Assembly: GCF_964355755.1 (NCBI RefSeq) | Contig: NC_092679.1 | Coordinates: 5,734,201-5,798,200 of the forward strand | Length of the DNA stretch: 64,000 bases | Reading direction: 5' to 3' | From: Antedon mediterranea | Lineage: Eukaryota; Animalia; Echinodermata | Part shown: in pieces, positions 60,701-64,000 of the stretch | Numbering within the stretch: position 1 is the first letter of the stretch | Layout: every line of letters starts with the position of its first letter | Position numbers and translations under genes: made by a program | The notes under the pieces: model-generated | Database searches by the model: none | What the model was told of the DNA's origin: nothing | What the model saw: only the letters and a program-made list of their open reading frames with translations

Positions 60701-62180
60701 TATCATATGCAAGAGCTTTAAAAAGCATTAAGCATATGTAGGTCCTACATGCCTTTGCTTTCAATTCCACTGCTAGAAATGTAAATAAAATCAGTCTTCC
60801 AAGCTTCTGAAAATTGGGGAAATTCAAAAAGGTCCTTTAAAAATTATTATTTACCTTAAAATACATAATTTAAAAACATAATCCCAATTAATTTTTTGCT
60901 AATTTTAACCATTTATTTTGTCATTTTATAAGTGAAATAAGTAGTTTTTGTTTGTTGGTTTTTTTTTAGGAAGTCACTACATTTATTACATGTATAGTTT
61001 TGTGGTTTTTTATATTTATAGACAAAAGAAAGCTCCACTTTCTATTGACTACAATGGGTATACAAGCAGGTGAAAACAATCTGGTTTTACAGTAGCTTTA
61101 CAGATTGCAATTCAATATGATTCACACTTTTTTAGACAAAGAATGCTTTTATGAACGTTTTTCCGTTGTCAAATCATTTTTTTTCTGCTCTATTGTTATA
61201 GTTTATATTACAGGGGTTTTTTTTCAGGAAAATTTTTTTTTTTTTTTTTTTTTTTTAACCATATTTAATGAGGGTGATCCATCCAGCTATTGCTGATCAT
61301 TAGGCACCCTCAGAGGTTCACAAGCCAAACAATACACAAGATGCTCTACATAAAGTCTTATTACAAGTCTTTGGGAGTGGAGTAATTTGGTCCTTAGAAA
61401 AAATCCCGACATGTGATGGGACTTGAACCCAGGACCCTTGGAGTGGAGGCCAAGCATCATAACCACCAATCCACAACTCCACTCTAAATAATAATGTTTG
61501 TTCTATCCAATTTTTGGTCAAAATGAATAACTATAAAATATGTGAATAAATGTCATTAAAAATTCATATTCAACAGAAACATTTTAATATTGAAACAAAT
61601 TATTTTTTCCAGGGGGATTAATTCAAATTTACATAAATCAATGACAGTAGGCCTTACTGTAACAGTATAATTAGGTATAAATTGTTGTATTAAACAGTCT
61701 AACCATAAATGGATATGAACTCTTTTTTGGTTTTTTTTTGGTTAACAACCACCATTCAGTAGAGTGACTAACTTCCATATTCATACGAGTAAATACATAT
61801 TGGAAATAGTTTGCCAACCGAAGTCGTCATTTCTGAAACCACCAACACATTTAAAAACTGATTCAGATTCGTTGCAGAGGTGAAAAAGACACCCCTCTAA
61901 ACTTACCCATGTATATATCTAAACCAAGGAGTATTTTACAACTCCTCCCTGTCTAAAAACAGCTATATAGGCCTACTATTACTATTAGCTGGGCAGTACG
62001 CCACCAGGGATCTTAGGAAGGTGTTGTAATTACAACTAAATTTAATCTAATTAAAAAACTCCCTGCATCAATTACTCGAAACTAACATCTAAATTGTAAC
62101 CAGTACAACTTACCAAAGTTAATACCAATAATAACAAGCAGGCATAAGATCGAAGAAGTGCTCTTCAAAACGACTCCCAT
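57730..62180 (-). CDS. Shisa-like single-pass membrane protein (six-Cys ectodomain, Cys-rich juxtamembrane, Pro/Tyr-rich tail), 206 aa, 4 exons
   Basis: Exons 62180-62114 (signal peptide MGVVLKSTSSILCLLVIIGINFVNA), 59309-59147 (FC..TCP..YCCG..YCC), 58597-58458 (TM IAAIVISILIVVGIVGGII plus CCVCGCVC), 57980-57730 ((GGAYPPP)n, PAPAY). Total 621 nt, phases consistent. Confidence 0.88.
58275..58403. mobile_element. MITE family A copy
   Basis: AGCCCTGTCTACACTAACAAACT ... AGTTTGATAGTGTA...GACAGAGCT|TAA. Confidence 0.75.
59456..59906. mobile_element. Tc1/mariner-type MITE (TA-flanked)
   Basis: TA|CAGTTAACTCCCAATACCGGA ... TCGGGTATTGGGAGAGTTGACTA|TA, with imperfect TIRs. Confidence 0.6.
61265..61482 (-). 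mobile_element. Decayed tRNA-derived SINE
   Basis: Minus strand reads GTGGATTGGTGGTTATGATGCTTGGCCTCCACTCCAAGGGTCCTGGGTTCAAGTCCC (A/B-box-like head). An A-rich stretch lies downstream on that strand (T-run 61232-61256). Confidence 0.6.
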
Positions 62181-62447
62181 TTTGCTTATCAACCGTTCAG
62201 CCGATTACTGAAAATTATCGATCATAATCACACTGTCACTGTGTCTTTTTGACGCGTCGTCACGGTTAGATGGAATTTACCCGGATATATTTGAGAGTAC
62301 AATGACCATGCAGTGACGTCATCTATCAATCAATAACTTATTTTTAAAAAATACGAGTATTCTATTCAATCTCTGACACACTGACTACCGTAGCTATGGC
62401 CGCAGGATGGTGTGGGTTTTAATCAAGTTTATTCATCCATGGTTTAA

Positions 62448-63042
62448 AAATGTATTGTCCCCCAAAAATATGAAAAATGATAATTAAATCAGACTTTAAT
62501 AAATACTGTAATATGTTATTTTGTAGTTTTAATAAAGTTAATCACTTCAGTAGAAAAAAACGAAAACAAATAATGTTTTCACTTATAAAATGACAAAATA
62601 AATTTGACAATTTGACAATCTTTTGCTTTAAATTACAGTTTTTTCAGGTAAAGACAGTGGAACCGTAATTACGTAGCCATAACATCGGCAGGGGTTCGAG
62701 GCTCACTCACTCCATGGTTCTGGTAGAACGAGTCTTCTCGGATAAGGACTATAAACCGTAGGTCCAGTGTACACATCTAGCTCGTGTGCACTTTAAAGAA
62801 CGTAGTACATCTTTCGAGACGAGTAGGGGGTTACCCCGGTGTATTAGTACATCACACTGATCACCAACTGGGCCCTCTGGGAGACCAGTCTTTGACTGAA
62901 GAGGTTACCCAGTATATATAAATATAAATTTCAATTCAATTCAGTTCAATACATTTTTTTTCGATCCAATTTGGTCAAATCAAAGTGGAATTTGCGGTCA
63001 AAATGTTATTAAGAATTATTTTTTCAGGGGGACAAAATATCT
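62448..63042. mobile_element. Kolobok-like element carrying an inserted SINE
   Basis: ATGTATTGTCCCCC ... GGGGGACAAAATATCT. Colinear with 37424-37766 apart from the insert at 62652-62950. Confidence 0.75.
62652..62950 (+). mobile_element. Deu/Nin-domain SINE, 5'-truncated
   Basis: Nearly identical to 49240-49510, with a (TTCAA)n-like tail. Confidence 0.8.
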
Positions 63043-64000
63043 TTAGTAATGAATTTATAATAGTAATAATAGTTTTTTTCAAATATGAATTAGATGTTTT
63101 GCCAAAATATTGGGATATTTTATCTACCAAAATCGCGGAATAAAACTACTCTCTTTTACATTTTGGTATATTTTAGGCCGTGTTTTTCGCACCCAAAAAT
63201 TAATTTTAATTTTGGTGGCTTTGGAAACACGGCCTGTAGGTAAAAAAACCTTTTTTTAAAATAAAAATACTCTGATCTGGGCCTATTGGCATGATTGTTC
63301 GTCTTTAAACTGTTAAGATGAATCCGGCTGTATTGTTGGGTCGATTGCAATAAAAGGTAACTCACTGTTAGCGACTCGACTGTTCAGAAATAATGACTCA
63401 GTAGCCCGTGCTGCCTTAATAATGTGGTTATATCAATTGAATTCGCATGATGGGATGAGTAAGTATAATAAAAGCCTAATAAAAGTACTATGAACAATTC
63501 TAAAACAAAAAAATGTTTTCAAGATTAATAAAATTCGGAACTATTTACAGCCATTGCTTTTATGCACTAAGAATTCCTTCACTTTGAAATATCTGTAAGC
63601 TAACAAATGAACACATTTTAATGGTTTTTGTTATCTTTTTTGCTACTTTTAATTAAATTGTAGTCTATTTTTGATTTTTTTTTTTTTTTTTTTTTTTGCT
63701 GGTGATTCTTATTATTTACAAATTTCGCGGATTCTAACTCGAATCTACCAGGGATCGGTATAAAAATTATTTAATATTTTTATACCTCCCTGGGCCTACC
63801 AAGCATTGATATCAATGACCATGGCGTTTTACTAACTGAGCTAGCCGTGATTTACGAAAATCATTCTATTCAAAGGATAGGTGTAATTTAAATTAATTAA
63901 AACTTCAACGGAACAGGTGTGAAAGACCCTTAGCCTAATTAATTGCCAAAACTGCAATAGGGTTGGTGAAATCTGTCCATAATAGGTTACTTTTCTGTCC

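Overview
AT-rich, intron-rich animal genomic DNA, not prokaryotic. A Deu/Nin-type SINE and the gene content suggest a marine invertebrate deuterostome such as an echinoderm (inference). Five spliced or intact protein-coding genes were assembled by hand from GT-AG junctions with consistent phases. (1) A 32-exon, ~1386-aa two-pore-channel-like gene (+, 9709-38196) with a non-canonical selectivity filter (STENYP / TTSNW), a near-canonical EF-hand in the inter-domain linker, a nearly charge-free domain-II S4, an N-terminal acidic dileucine motif and a long C-terminal tail containing an SH3 domain. This is the most unusual object in the window. (2) A fatty-acid-binding-protein gene with no coding introns (+). 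(3, 4) Two tandem APMAP/strictosidine-synthase-like paralogues (-) that differ by one precisely missing intron. (5) A Shisa-like single-pass Cys-rich/Pro-Tyr protein (-). The non-coding DNA is full of non-autonomous mobile elements: a 3-kb foldback element, a decayed Academ-like element, nested Helentron-like elements, Harbinger- and Kolobok-type MITEs, tRNA- and 5S-derived SINEs, CR1 and L2 3' fragments, and several minisatellites. All coordinates and translations were read by eye; no database search was run.
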